DNA from: Candidatus Omnitrophota bacterium
Lineage (GTDB): Bacteria > Omnitrophota > Omnitrophia > Omnitrophales > Aquincolibacteriaceae
Length of the DNA: 47,596 nucleotides
Assembly: GCA_043803685.1 (NCBI GenBank)
Contig: JAZDJU010000032.1
Coordinates: 1-47,596, forward strand
Direction of reading: 5' to 3'
The notes under the pieces are model-generated. The model was not told the DNA's origin, did no database searches, and saw only the letters and a program-made list of their open reading frames with translations. Shown in pieces: positions 10,060-19,988 of this stretch (the first letter of the stretch is position 1; each line of letters begins with the position of its first letter). A program made the translations under genes and the position numbers.

Positions 10060-11016
10060 ATGCCGGCGGAATTAATCGCGGATCCAAGATTCGTATCGCT
10101 TAAAAAAATAAAAGTCGGTGTCGTGCGCGGCGGTCTTTCGGCTGAACGGCGCATCTCTCTTCGTTCCGGCCGCGCGGTGCTTCGCGCCCTTAAACGCGTG
10201 GGGATCACTGCGTTCGCGATCGATCCTGCCGATCTCAAGACTTTTCCCCATAAGATCCGTGAAGCCGATGTTCTTTTCATTGCGCTCCATGGCAATGGCG
10301 GGGAGGACGGCCGGATTCAAAAAATGCTGGAACGGAAGCGCATCCTTTTCACAGGCTCATCTTCCGCGGCGTGCATGAAAAGCTTCGATAAAGAGATCAG
10401 TAAAAGTCACTTTCGAAGGTTAAGTATCCCCACGCCGGAGTACGCGATCCTTGATAAAAAGAATTGGCGCAAGGTGGCCGCGACATTTCCGGCGCCCTAT
10501 TTTGTTAAGCCGCTCGACGGGGGATCGAGCCAAGGTGTATTCCTCGTTGAAGATTTTCAGAGATCGGCCGAAAAAGTAAGGCGTTCCGTGTTGCGCTTCG
10601 GGAAGCTTATGATCGAGAAGAAGATCTTTGGCCGGGAATTAACGGCCGGACTTCTCGGGGATCTGAAGCTTCCCGTGGTGGAGGTGAAGCCGTCCCGTCC
10701 CTTCTACGATTTTAAGGCGAAGTACACAAAAGGGATGACGGCCTATGAAGTCCCGGCCAGGATCCCGGCCAAGGTAGCGCGGAAGATCCAGGCCTTCGCT
10801 TATCGGGTTTACAAGGGGCTAGGGCTCAAGGGCTTTTCCAGGGTCGACGTGATGCTGGATCGTCAGAACCGGCCGTACGTGCTGGAGGTGAATAGTATTC
10901 CGGGGCTAACGGAGTTTAGTCTTCTCCCTAAGGCCGCGCGGGCGGTCGGGATCAGCTTTGACGAGCTATGTTTGCGGGTCCTTATGGCCGCGTTTCGACA
11001 AAAACGAAAGAAATAA
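10060..11016 (+). CDS. ddl: D-alanine--D-alanine ligase
   Basis: GGLSAER, LHGNGGEDG, KPxxGGSS, YDFKAKY, LEVNSIPG. Confidence 0.96.
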   Translation: MPAELIADPRFVSLKKIKVGVVRGGLSAERRISLRSGRAVLRALKRVGITAFAIDPADLKTFPHKIREADVLFIALHGNGGEDGRIQKMLERKRILFTGSSSAACMKSFDKEISKSHFRRLSIPTPEYAILDKKNWRKVAATFPAPYFVKPLDGGSSQGVFLVEDFQRSAEKVRRSVLRFGKLMIEKKIFGRELTAGLLGDLKLPVVEVKPSRPFYDFKAKYTKGMTAYEVPARIPAKVARKIQAFAYRVYKGLGLKGFSRVDVMLDRQNRPYVLEVNSIPGLTEFSLLPKAARAVGISFDELCLRVLMAAFRQKRKK

Positions 11017-11022
11017 TTCTCC

Positions 11023-11838
11023 ATGGGTAAGAAAAAGTTCAAAAAAGGCAAGAAGGGCGGGCTCTTTTCCCTGATAGGCACATTTTTTCGCGGCGCTCTC
11101 TGGCTCTTCTGGAAGTTGCTCCCAGTCGCTTTGATCGCCGGCGTGCTAGTCTATGCCGGATTTGTCGTGAAAAAGAATCTGTGCGAGGACCGCTGGCTCA
11201 GGGTGCAATCCGTTCAGATCATTCCTTCCGACGCTCTTTCGCCTCAAAGTATCCGGATGCTCGAGGATAAGATCCTCGGTAAGAATATTCTGCTTCTCGA
11301 TCTAAAAAAGATCGCGCGGACGATCGAGCTGGGACCTGGCGCACAAGGCGTGCGTGTGGTCCGTGATATGCCGACCACGATCCGGGTCGAGATCCAGAAG
11401 CGCCAGCCGATCGCGAACGTCCAGCTGAAAACCGGGGGATCGTACGCTGTCGTGGCCGATGATGGTTTTATTATTCAGCTCCGTCCCGTTCTTGATCCTG
11501 CCCTGATCTATATGGAAGATTTTAATGAGCCGTTCAAGGAGCCGAGGGTGGGCGAACGACTTCAGAATAAGGGCTTTTTGGAGGCCCTCCGATTCATGAG
11601 ACTCTATCGTAAGCATGATCTTGCTCGCCGTGAAACTGTGACGCGGATCAGTCTAGACCCCAACGGATATGTGACGGTTCGTCTCGGGGAAGGGCCGGAT
11701 TTTAAGCTCGGGCGAAAACCTTCTGAAGCGATCAACGCTCTCACCAATGCCGTCTATCTTTTAAAGACTGAGCCGCGCGAGAATGTGGAATATATGGATC
11801 TTCAATACGGCCGCGTGGCGGTCAAAAGGAAGTCATGA
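11023..11838 (+). CDS. ftsQ: Cell division protein FtsQ/DivIB
   Basis: Basic N-terminus, single TM, POTRA-like segment (NILLLDL...VVRDMPTTIRVEIQKRQP) and C-terminal YMDLQY; located between ddl and ftsA. Confidence 0.8.
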   Translation: MGKKKFKKGKKGGLFSLIGTFFRGALWLFWKLLPVALIAGVLVYAGFVVKKNLCEDRWLRVQSVQIIPSDALSPQSIRMLEDKILGKNILLLDLKKIARTIELGPGAQGVRVVRDMPTTIRVEIQKRQPIANVQLKTGGSYAVVADDGFIIQLRPVLDPALIYMEDFNEPFKEPRVGERLQNKGFLEALRFMRLYRKHDLARRETVTRISLDPNGYVTVRLGEGPDFKLGRKPSEAINALTNAVYLLKTEPRENVEYMDLQYGRVAVKRKS

Positions 11839-13085
11839 ACGTTTCGGTCAATATGAAGAGCAAGTGTGTGGTCGTTTACGTCGGGACCCGGAAGCTGATG
11901 GTGATGCTGGGCGATCTTGGAAGTGCTAACCCGCAGGTGTTGCGCCACGAAGAAGTCCTGTTCCCGGAAGGTTTTGAGAAAGGGTTGGTTTCGAACCTCC
12001 AGAACGCCAGTGCGTCGCTTGAGAAACTGATGAAAGCACTTTTGCCGCCTGAGGCTTGGGCTCAAGTCCCGGTCTACGTGGTGCTCGGGAACAGCCGTTT
12101 CAAGATGTACCGGTTCTCAAGCTGTGAATATTATTCATCTGAGCGGCGCACCATCAGTTCGAATGAGGTCCAGTCGGTGGTTCAGCAAACGCGGAACGTC
12201 GCGACGCTTCCGCTGAATGAGTCGATCCTTCAGGCAATCCCGGAGTCTTTCCTTGTCAATGACATGCCGGCGGTGCGGAACCCTGTGGGGCTTGAAGCCG
12301 AGCGCTTGGGAGTGACGCTCCAGATCTACACGATGGAATTTCAGGCTTTCCGGAATATCGCGAAGATCTTTGAGACGTTGGATCTCGATGTGGAAGGTTA
12401 TTTCCCGAAGATCCTGCCGCTTTCAGAGGCCGTGCTAGGGGATGCCGAGAAACAGGAGGGAGGCATGATCCTGGACATTGCGGACGACGCGACGCAGCTC
12501 ATTCTCTGGAAGAACGGTCTTCTTGCTGGGATACGGACGCTTCCGACGGGCGGGCATTTTCTTACGGACTGTTTGGCCAAGGACTGGAATATCGAGGAGC
12601 GGGACGCTGAGAAGGTGAAGGAAAAATTCGCGACGCTCGATATTCGTGAGCAGGAAAGCGAAGAGCTCGTGCCGCTTGTGACCCGTAATGAGAAAGTCCA
12701 GCAATCCATTTCCCGCAAGGAATTCCTGCAGAAGTTCTTCAAACACGCCCACGGTTGGATGACCACGATCCTGGAGGCTTCGGACAACTTTATGCAGGAT
12801 GAGAAGGTTCGTTATCCTCACATCCTGTTCACCGGTGGGGCGGTGATGACGGATGGTTTTCTGGAGTGGGTCCAGAAGGAGTTTTCACGGGACGGGAAGC
12901 TCGGGATCTCACGCCACGTCGAGGCCCCGCAGGAGCTTGTCCGCGATCCGTCCAAGGCCTCCGCGCTCGGGATGTTCAGGTGGATCATGACCTACAAGCG
13001 CGCCCAGGAAGCGCTTTTCACGCCGCGGAGTTTTGTCGCCAAGACCTTCGCCGCCGCCCGCACCTGGATCACAAACTATTTTTAA
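11835..13085 (+). CDS. ftsA: Cell division protein FtsA, divergent
   Basis: GFEKGLVSNL, NPVGLEAERL, GGHFLT, AEKVKEK, FTGG and a C-terminal amphipathic helix (TWITNYF); ATGA overlap with ftsQ. The phosphate loops are degenerate. Confidence 0.85.
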   Translation: MNVSVNMKSKCVVVYVGTRKLMVMLGDLGSANPQVLRHEEVLFPEGFEKGLVSNLQNASASLEKLMKALLPPEAWAQVPVYVVLGNSRFKMYRFSSCEYYSSERRTISSNEVQSVVQQTRNVATLPLNESILQAIPESFLVNDMPAVRNPVGLEAERLGVTLQIYTMEFQAFRNIAKIFETLDLDVEGYFPKILPLSEAVLGDAEKQEGGMILDIADDATQLILWKNGLLAGIRTLPTGGHFLTDCLAKDWNIEERDAEKVKEKFATLDIREQESEELVPLVTRNEKVQQSISRKEFLQKFFKHAHGWMTTILEASDNFMQDEKVRYPHILFTGGAVMTDGFLEWVQKEFSRDGKLGISRHVEAPQELVRDPSKASALGMFRWIMTYKRAQEALFTPRSFVAKTFAAARTWITNYF

Positions 13086-13132
13086 AATACCCGAAGCAAA
13101 AAAAAGTAAGTTTGTGGTCTAAGGAAGCGTGT

Positions 13133-14263
13133 ATGACTCTTTTGAATCCTAAGAATAAATCTTCAAGACAAAATCTAATTCTTTTGGCCGTTTCTTTCGC
13201 CTTGGGCCTTGGCTCTTCAGAGTATATTGTCCGGCGGTTTGAGCTCGCACCGGAGGTTCTTCGTCAATCGGGCGCTCTTCACTTCGTTGATAATCCTAAA
13301 ATGGTATACGAGTATTTTCCGAATTCCAAGGTCAGCAATATTAAAGTCAATAATCAGGGGTTTAATGACTCAGATTTTGTGTTAGAGAAACCACAAGGTT
13401 TAATTAGGATCGCAATGTTGGGAGATTCAATAACCAAAGGTGAGGGCGTTCCAAAAAAAAAGACCTTTTCTGATAAGTTGGAAGACATATTAAATAGACG
13501 AGAGCGGGATCGGGGGTCTCCTCAAAGGTATGAGGTGATGAACTTCGGGGTGGGAGGATATAATTTAGAAGCAGAGGTTGAGGTTTTAAAAGAAAAAGTG
13601 CTCCCCTATCATCCAGATATCGTCATATTGAACATGTACTGGAATGACAATGAAATCATACCCGGGATATACCAACTTTTCGTATCAAATCGTTATAAAC
13701 TTACTGAGAAGCAGCAAATTTCTCTTGCCAGAGAGTACGTGTCCCGCCGAAATTCTTTTACCCGTTGGCTTGAAAGAAATGTTCTCTACAGGTCAAAACT
13801 GTATCTTTTCATAGTAACCCGGCTTGCTTCTTTTCAAACGACAGTCAATCTGTTGAAGGGGGGTAACATTCCCAATCAGTTTTCAGATCATACGAATATG
13901 GAAAATATCTATCGAGGATTCCGTAAGATCAGTCAACTGAAGGATCAATACGGTTTTGGGTTTTTGATTTGCATCCATCCCGACTTGCTTTATATCGAAT
14001 CTCAAAATAATTATATATTTGCTGATATCGCGCAATCGTTCAATTTCGATTGTTTCCATATGTTTTCCCACTACAAAGGAAAAGGCATCTCTCCGGAAGC
14101 CTTGCAGCGTGCGGATGATCCTGAAGACAAGTGTCATCCTAATGAATTTGGACATGATTTAATAGCCGAAGCGATGCTTCTGGAAATCGAAAAACATGGT
14201 CTTATCGCACGAGCCCGTGAACAGGCCGTTGGCCAGGGGGCGACGCTTAAACTGATGCGCTAG
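13133..14263 (+). CDS. SGNH/GDSL hydrolase-family protein with N-terminal TM anchor
   Basis: Blocks LGDSIT, NFGVGGYN, NMYWND and DKCHPN. Likely start ATG 13133 after AAGGAAG. Visibly AT-rich. Confidence 0.85.
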   Translation: MTLLNPKNKSSRQNLILLAVSFALGLGSSEYIVRRFELAPEVLRQSGALHFVDNPKMVYEYFPNSKVSNIKVNNQGFNDSDFVLEKPQGLIRIAMLGDSITKGEGVPKKKTFSDKLEDILNRRERDRGSPQRYEVMNFGVGGYNLEAEVEVLKEKVLPYHPDIVILNMYWNDNEIIPGIYQLFVSNRYKLTEKQQISLAREYVSRRNSFTRWLERNVLYRSKLYLFIVTRLASFQTTVNLLKGGNIPNQFSDHTNMENIYRGFRKISQLKDQYGFGFLICIHPDLLYIESQNNYIFADIAQSFNFDCFHMFSHYKGKGISPEALQRADDPEDKCHPNEFGHDLIAEAMLLEIEKHGLIARAREQAVGQGATLKLMR

Positions 14264-14432
14264 TAGGAGCCGCTCTGTGTTTGGTGTAAAGATGCTGTTC
14301 CGTAAATAAAAGGGAAATGAAGCTCTTACTGCCGGGGTTTCGTCATTTTCAGCTTTCTTTTTCGTCGATAAACTTCTATAATTCGCCACGGTATTTTCTT
14401 CTTCTCTCTTTAATTCAATCCTTATTTTTTAT

Positions 14433-15530
14433 ATGACCATGGCGTTAGAAACAGAACCCACAAAGCTTCCGCTACACGAAGAGCATCTCCAAAAAGGCGC
14501 CCGGATGGGTGATTTCGGGGGATGGCTTGTCCCTCTTTTCTATACCAGCATCATGGAAGAACACACCGCCGTCCGCACCAAGGCGGGCGTCTTTGATATC
14601 TCCCACATGGGAGAATTTTTAGTCGAGGGTCCCGGGGCGCTGGCCTATCTTGAAAAGAATCTGCCGCGGCGCGTGACTCCTCTCAAATTCAGCCAGGCGA
14701 GCTACATGCCGCTTGTGAATGACCAGGGCGGCATGGTCGACGACATCATCGTTTACCGCATGGCAGAGCAAAAATTCCTTATCATCGTGAATGCCGGCAA
14801 TATCGAAAAAGATTTCAAATGGTTCAATGCCCGCGTGACGCAAGGAGTGACTCTGACGGACCTGAGCCAGGAGATGGGGCTTTTGGCGCTCCAGGGCCCT
14901 CTGAGTCAAACGATTCTTCTCGAATGCTTTGGGGCTTTTTACAAAGATCTCCGCCGGTTCCATTACAAGGATTTCGAAGGAGGTGTTATCGCCAGAACGG
15001 GGTATACGGGCGAGGACGGCTACGAAATCATGGTCCCCAAGCACAAGCTGAAGCAAGTCTGGGACGTTCTTTTTCGCGTTGGAGCTAGACACGGGATTTT
15101 GCCGATCGGCTTTGGAGCGCGGGACACTCTGCGTCTGGAAGCCGCAATGCCTCTTTATGGACATGAGCTGACGGATGATCTTACGCCGCTTGAGGCGGAT
15201 CTGGGGTGGGCGATCGATCTCACTAAAGATGCGTTCCCGGGAAGTGCGGTCCTCAAAAAACAACAAGAGACGGGAATCTCGAAGAAAAGGGTTGGCTTTG
15301 AAATGACCGGACGGGGCATTCCGCGTCAGGGTTTTGAGATCCAAAAGGACGGCACAACGATCGGGACGGTCACGAGCGGCAGTTTTATCCCGACGACGGG
15401 CAAGAATATCGGTATGGCCTACGTGACTGCGTCCGAAGCGAAGACGGGGAATACGATCGATGTGATGATCCGTGGAAATCCCGTGAAAGCCGTTCTGGTT
15501 TCGCTACCTTTTTATAAGAGAAAAGGGTAG
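14433..15530 (+). CDS. gcvT: Glycine cleavage T protein (aminomethyltransferase)
   Basis: FGGW, GVFDISHMGE, RTGYTGEDGYEI, GARDTLRLEA, PFY. Confidence 0.97.
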   Translation: MTMALETEPTKLPLHEEHLQKGARMGDFGGWLVPLFYTSIMEEHTAVRTKAGVFDISHMGEFLVEGPGALAYLEKNLPRRVTPLKFSQASYMPLVNDQGGMVDDIIVYRMAEQKFLIIVNAGNIEKDFKWFNARVTQGVTLTDLSQEMGLLALQGPLSQTILLECFGAFYKDLRRFHYKDFEGGVIARTGYTGEDGYEIMVPKHKLKQVWDVLFRVGARHGILPIGFGARDTLRLEAAMPLYGHELTDDLTPLEADLGWAIDLTKDAFPGSAVLKKQQETGISKKRVGFEMTGRGIPRQGFEIQKDGTTIGTVTSGSFIPTTGKNIGMAYVTASEAKTGNTIDVMIRGNPVKAVLVSLPFYKRKG

Positions 15531-15584
15531 AATGCCCGCCATTCACTGCTGAAATTTTTCTGACATTCTCAATCGGAGGTAACT

Positions 15585-15977
15585 ATGGATTTTCCTGAAA
15601 AATTACGCTATACCAAAACCCACGAATGGATCGCCGTCGAGGGTTCGAAGGGCAAGGTTGGCGTGACCCAATACGCGCAAGGGGAGATCTCGGATGTCGT
15701 ATTCGTGGACCTGCCGAAGCAAGGTCAAGCGGTTCAGCAGGCCAAGGCTGCGGCGGTCGTGGAATCCGTGAAGGCGGCTTTTGATATCTATGCGCCGGTC
15801 TCCGGCAAGATCACGGACGCGAATAAAGGGCTTGAATCAAATCCGGGTCTTATCAATCAAAGTCCTTACGCGGACGGTTGGATCTTTGAGATCGAGCTCT
15901 CCAATTCCGCGGAGCTGAACACCCTTATGACGGCCGCGCAGTACCAGGAAGTCGTCCGCCAGACCCCCAAACACTAA
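15585..15977 (+). CDS. gcvH: Glycine cleavage H protein
   Basis: YTKTHEW, lipoyl-Lys motif VESVKA, NQSPYADGW; GGAGG RBS. Confidence 0.97.
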   Translation: MDFPEKLRYTKTHEWIAVEGSKGKVGVTQYAQGEISDVVFVDLPKQGQAVQQAKAAAVVESVKAAFDIYAPVSGKITDANKGLESNPGLINQSPYADGWIFEIELSNSAELNTLMTAAQYQEVVRQTPKH

Positions 15978-15991
15978 GTCGGAAAGTTCTT

Positions 15992-17329
15992 ATGCCTTAT
16001 CTTTCAATGACGGAAGAAGAAAAAAGGTCCATGCTTGGCCGGATCGGCGTCCGTTCATTTGACGAGCTCATCAAGGACATCCCGGTCGCGCTGCGTGATC
16101 CCAAGATCGCTCTTCCTGCCTCTTTGACCGAGCTCGAGATCCAGGATCTGATCTCGAAACTCGGTCGCAAGAACACCACGACTCGGGACGCGCTTTCATT
16201 TCTTGGCGCGGGAAGTTATGAACACTTTATTCCCGCGGCCGCGCTTGAGATTGTCGGGCGGCAGGAATTTCTCACGGCCTACACGCCTTACCAACCCGAG
16301 GCCTCTCAGGGGACTTTGCAGGCTATTTATGAATACCAAAGTCTGATGACCGAGCTGACAGGGCTCGATGTCTCCAATGCGTCCCATTATGACGGAGCCA
16401 CGAGTCTCGCGGAAGCCGCACTGGTCGCGTTCAAGCAGACGGATCGTCCGAAGCTCCTTGTTGCGCGTTCCGTGCATCCCCATTACCGGGAAGCTCTGCG
16501 CACTTATCTTGCAGGAACGCCTTACACGATCGAAGAACTCGGGTTTGATAAAAGAGGGAATTTTGACCGTGAAGAATTTGCCACAAAGCTTGATCCGAGT
16601 GTTGCTGGGGTGATCTTTCAGACGCCGAACTTTTTTGGAAACGTGGAGGATCTCGAAGGCATTGCGGAGAAGATCCACGCGAATGATTCGCTGATGATCC
16701 TTACCTCCAATCCATTGTCGCTCGGGCTTTTCAAGTCGCCGGGGGAATGGGGCGCGGACATTGCGGCAGGAGAGGGACAACCGTTAGGCCTTTCCATGGA
16801 GTTTGGCGGCCCTTATCTGGGTTATTTCGTGACCTCCCAGGCGCTCATGCGTCGCATTCCGGGAAGACTTGCGGGCCTGACCCAGGACGCTGACGGGAAG
16901 CGGGCGTTCTGCCTTACGCTCCAGGCGCGCGAACAGCATATTCGCCGCGAGCGCGCGGGTTCCAACATCTGCAGCAACCAGGCGCTGTGTGCTTTGGCTG
17001 CTTGTGCGTATATGACTTTGCTTGGGAAAAAAGGTATCCGGGAGGTCGCCGAGATCAATTGGGACCGGGCGAATTATCTGCGCCAGAAGATCGCGAAGCT
17101 CAAGAATTTCTCAGTGGACCTCACTCAGCCTATCTTTAACGAATTCAGAGTTAAGTCCTCAAAGCCGTTGTCGAAGGTCGAAGAGAAAATGAAAGACCAG
17201 AGTATTTTCCCGGGAGTGATGCTGGAATCCTTCTACCCTGAACTGGAAGATGAATTCCTCGTTTGCGCGACTGAGACGAAATCCAAAGAGGATCTAGATC
17301 GTTTTGTGGAGGCGTTAGCCCGATGCTGA
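15992..17329 (+). CDS. gcvPA: Glycine dehydrogenase subunit 1
   Basis: FLGAGSY, TAYTPYQPEASQGTLQ, REQHIRRERAGSNICSNQ. Confidence 0.97.
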   Translation: MPYLSMTEEEKRSMLGRIGVRSFDELIKDIPVALRDPKIALPASLTELEIQDLISKLGRKNTTTRDALSFLGAGSYEHFIPAAALEIVGRQEFLTAYTPYQPEASQGTLQAIYEYQSLMTELTGLDVSNASHYDGATSLAEAALVAFKQTDRPKLLVARSVHPHYREALRTYLAGTPYTIEELGFDKRGNFDREEFATKLDPSVAGVIFQTPNFFGNVEDLEGIAEKIHANDSLMILTSNPLSLGLFKSPGEWGADIAAGEGQPLGLSMEFGGPYLGYFVTSQALMRRIPGRLAGLTQDADGKRAFCLTLQAREQHIRRERAGSNICSNQALCALAACAYMTLLGKKGIREVAEINWDRANYLRQKIAKLKNFSVDLTQPIFNEFRVKSSKPLSKVEEKMKDQSIFPGVMLESFYPELEDEFLVCATETKSKEDLDRFVEALARC

Positions 17330-18822
17330 TCTCCCAGGACGATCGCCTCAGTTTTGAGAAGAGCAAGCCGGGCCGCAGGGCGGTCAGGTTTTCCGGGGAG
17401 CGTTTCTCGGAAGAGAAACCTCTGAAGGACCTTCCGAAAGGGCTTTTGCGCCAGACCTCCATCGGATTTCCTGAGATGAGCGAGCTCGATATTGTCCGGC
17501 ATTTTATCAATCTTTCGCGCAAGAATTTCTCGGTCGACACGCATTTCTATCCTCTGGGAAGCTGCACGATGAAATACAACCCCAAGGTGAATGAATGGGC
17601 AGCCCGGCAGGAGAAATTTACAGCCTTGCATCCGCTTCAGGCTGATGAGACCGCGCAGGGAATGTTGCAGGTCCTTTGGGAACTCGAGGAAGGTCTTAAG
17701 GAAATTTCGGGGATGGATCGGTTCACCCTGCAGCCTGCCGCTGGCGCTCATGGGGAATTGACGGGCATGATGCTCGTTCGGGCTTATCATGCGTTTCGGG
17801 GTGGGGCGGCACGCACCAAGGTGCTTGTGCCGGACTCAAGTCATGGCACTAATCCCGCGAGCGCAGCACTTTTCGGCTACCACGTGGTGGAGATCAAATC
17901 CGATAGCCACGGATGCGTAGACATGGAAGATCTGAAGCAGCACCTGGACGAACATGTGGCATGTCTCATGCTCACCAACCCCAACACTCTCGGCCTTTTC
18001 GAAAAAAATATCCTTGAGATCACAAAGCTTGTGCATCAGCACGGCGGGCTTCTCTATTACGACGGAGCCAACTTGAATCCGCTCCTCGGGATCGCACGGC
18101 CGGGCGACATGGGGTTTGACATCATCCACATCAATTTGCACAAGACTTTTTCCACGCCGCACGGTGGCGGGGGTCCCGGGGCCGGTCCTGTGGGCGTGAA
18201 AAAACATTTGATCCCGTTCCTGCCGGGTCCTCTGGTAGAACGCACGAAAAAGGGGTATGAGTGGGTTCCCCAGGGCGTTCAGTCGATCGGCCGCGTGAAG
18301 CTTTTTCACGGGAATGTCGGGGTCATGATACGCGCTTATGTTTATCTGAAGATCCTTGGTGGGGAAGGTCTCCGGAAAGTAAGTGAGGCCGCGATCCTCA
18401 ACGCTAACTACATGAAAGAAATGCTCAAGGACACTTTCAAGGTCGCGACCGAAGGGCCTTGCATGCACGAGTTCGTTCTCTCGCTTAAGGCGTTTGCCGC
18501 CCAAGGCGTTCACGCGGGGGATGTGGGAAAACGTCTTCTCGATTTTGGTTTTCACGCGCCGACGGTCCATTTTCCGTTGGTCGTGCCCGAGGCTCTCATG
18601 ATCGAACCCACGGAGACGGAGGCTCGCGAGACGCTAGACCTCTTTATTGATGCGATGAAAGAGATCGCCCTTGAGATCGCGACCGATCCGGAAAAGGTGA
18701 AAACCGCGCCCCACACGCTTCCGGTGCGCCGTCCCAATGACGTCCTTGCCGCACGCAAGCCGATTCTTTCTTACCGCGATCAAGTCCGGGAAAAAGTGCT
18801 GTTGGCTGAAGCTGTGGCATGA
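17323..18822 (+). CDS. gcvPB: Glycine dehydrogenase subunit 2
   Basis: YPLGSCTMKYNP, HGTNPAS, PLP-Lys motif NLHKTFSTPHGGGGPG, MIEPTETE. Confidence 0.97.
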   Translation: MLISQDDRLSFEKSKPGRRAVRFSGERFSEEKPLKDLPKGLLRQTSIGFPEMSELDIVRHFINLSRKNFSVDTHFYPLGSCTMKYNPKVNEWAARQEKFTALHPLQADETAQGMLQVLWELEEGLKEISGMDRFTLQPAAGAHGELTGMMLVRAYHAFRGGAARTKVLVPDSSHGTNPASAALFGYHVVEIKSDSHGCVDMEDLKQHLDEHVACLMLTNPNTLGLFEKNILEITKLVHQHGGLLYYDGANLNPLLGIARPGDMGFDIIHINLHKTFSTPHGGGGPGAGPVGVKKHLIPFLPGPLVERTKKGYEWVPQGVQSIGRVKLFHGNVGVMIRAYVYLKILGGEGLRKVSEAAILNANYMKEMLKDTFKVATEGPCMHEFVLSLKAFAAQGVHAGDVGKRLLDFGFHAPTVHFPLVVPEALMIEPTETEARETLDLFIDAMKEIALEIATDPEKVKTAPHTLPVRRPNDVLAARKPILSYRDQVREKVLLAEAVA

Positions 18823-19523
18823 ACTGGAGTTTGCTTCCCACGATCAGCGCGCCGATGCCGCTTCAAATGGCGCTTGATGAACTTCTCCTTGAATCTCAGA
18901 AAATCGAACAGCAGAACTCTGTCCTGCGCTTTTATTTTTCTTCCGCACCTTGGATCAGTGTCGGATGCTCCTTCCGGGACTCTGCGGCCCTTGCGAAATC
19001 CGAGCTCATCCTTCAGAACCCGCAAGTTCCGGTTTGCAAACGGATCACAGGCGGGGGTTGCGTTCTTCATGGCGAAGACCTCATTTTTTCCCTGATCACG
19101 AGGTATGAACGGGGCCAGGCCGGTGCTTCGAAGGGAAATGCCTACGCCTCCCTGGCTTCCGCGGCAGCAAGCTATGGAAAGATCCATGAGGGTGTTAAAA
19201 TGGGGCTCGAACTTTGCGGTCTTGATCCGAAATTCTACGGCGCAGGCGATATCACGTCCCAGGGAAGTGACTGTTTCTCTTATCCCGTGGAAAGCGATCT
19301 TTCATGGAAAGGGAAAAAGATCGCAGGCGGTGCGCAAAAACGTTCCGAAGGCGTGCTTTTGCATCATGAATCGATCCGGGTTCCGCCGGGTGTCGCGCGC
19401 GGGGATCTGATCCGGGAGTTACGGAAAGGTCTCGCGCAGGTGTTTGGTGTGACGATTGAAAATGCGGACCTGGACTCCAGTCTTTTTTTTAATGCGATGA
19501 ACAAAAAAGACCCTAGCCTATAG
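18819..19523 (+). CDS. Lipoate-protein ligase / octanoyltransferase (LplA/LipM-like)
   Basis: MALDELL, RITGGGCVLH, KKIAGGAQKR; ATGA overlap with gcvPB. Confidence 0.85.
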   Translation: MNWSLLPTISAPMPLQMALDELLLESQKIEQQNSVLRFYFSSAPWISVGCSFRDSAALAKSELILQNPQVPVCKRITGGGCVLHGEDLIFSLITRYERGQAGASKGNAYASLASAAASYGKIHEGVKMGLELCGLDPKFYGAGDITSQGSDCFSYPVESDLSWKGKKIAGGAQKRSEGVLLHHESIRVPPGVARGDLIRELRKGLAQVFGVTIENADLDSSLFFNAMNKKDPSL

Positions 19524-19586
19524 CTGATAGCTCATAGCAAAAACGGGATGGAAAATCTTTTTTTAGCTACAGGCTATAAGCTATGG
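19511..19586. repeat. Inverted array of 7-nt units (NNNTAGC x4 / GCTANNN x3)
   Basis: CCCTAGC CTATAGC TGATAGC TCATAGC ... GCTACAG GCTATAA GCTATGG. Confidence 0.8.
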
Positions 19587-19606
19587 GCCGCAGTCGAGTG
19601 GAGCTT

Positions 19607-19981
19607 ATGGAAGAATCTGGAAATTTTCTTAAAAAGATCGAAGGCATTCTCGAGAAGGACCCGAGCTATAAGTTCGAGGCTTACACATTCGTCCTGGCCG
19701 CGCTTCATGATACCGTGAGCGGGCTGAAGAAATCGAGGCATATCACCGGGCAGGAACTCGCGCTGGGGATACGCAAGTACGCGCTCGATCAGTTTGGCCC
19801 CATGGTCAAGACCGTACTTCACCACTGGGGGATCCGCACGACACTTGATTTTGGAAAGATCGTTTATGCCTTGATCGATGTCCAGCTTCTCAGTAAGCAA
19901 CCCGAGGACAGGCTTGAGGATTTTGACAAAGTCTACGAGTTTGAGGAATCCTTCGGAAAATATAAGATCAGTGATGAATAA
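19607..19981 (+). CDS. Minf_1886-family (Planctomycetes/Verrucomicrobia-type) small protein
   Basis: DPSYKFEAYTFV, HITGQEL, FGPM, WGIRTTLDFGKIVYALI, DRLEDF. GGAG precedes ATG 19607 (the ORF track starts at 19583). Confidence 0.8.
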   Translation: MEESGNFLKKIEGILEKDPSYKFEAYTFVLAALHDTVSGLKKSRHITGQELALGIRKYALDQFGPMVKTVLHHWGIRTTLDFGKIVYALIDVQLLSKQPEDRLEDFDKVYEFEESFGKYKISDE

Positions 19982-19988
19982 CTTAAAA

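Noticed and set aside
12866..13132. N-terminal extension of the SGNH ORF in the ORF track
   Set aside because: It overlaps ftsA out of frame. Composition and the RBS point to ATG 13133.
19110..19161. Possible in-frame palindromic insertion in the lipoyl ligase (GGGGCCAGG/CCTGGCTTC)
   Set aside because: A short GC-rich stem in a naturally variable loop, with no second copy seen.
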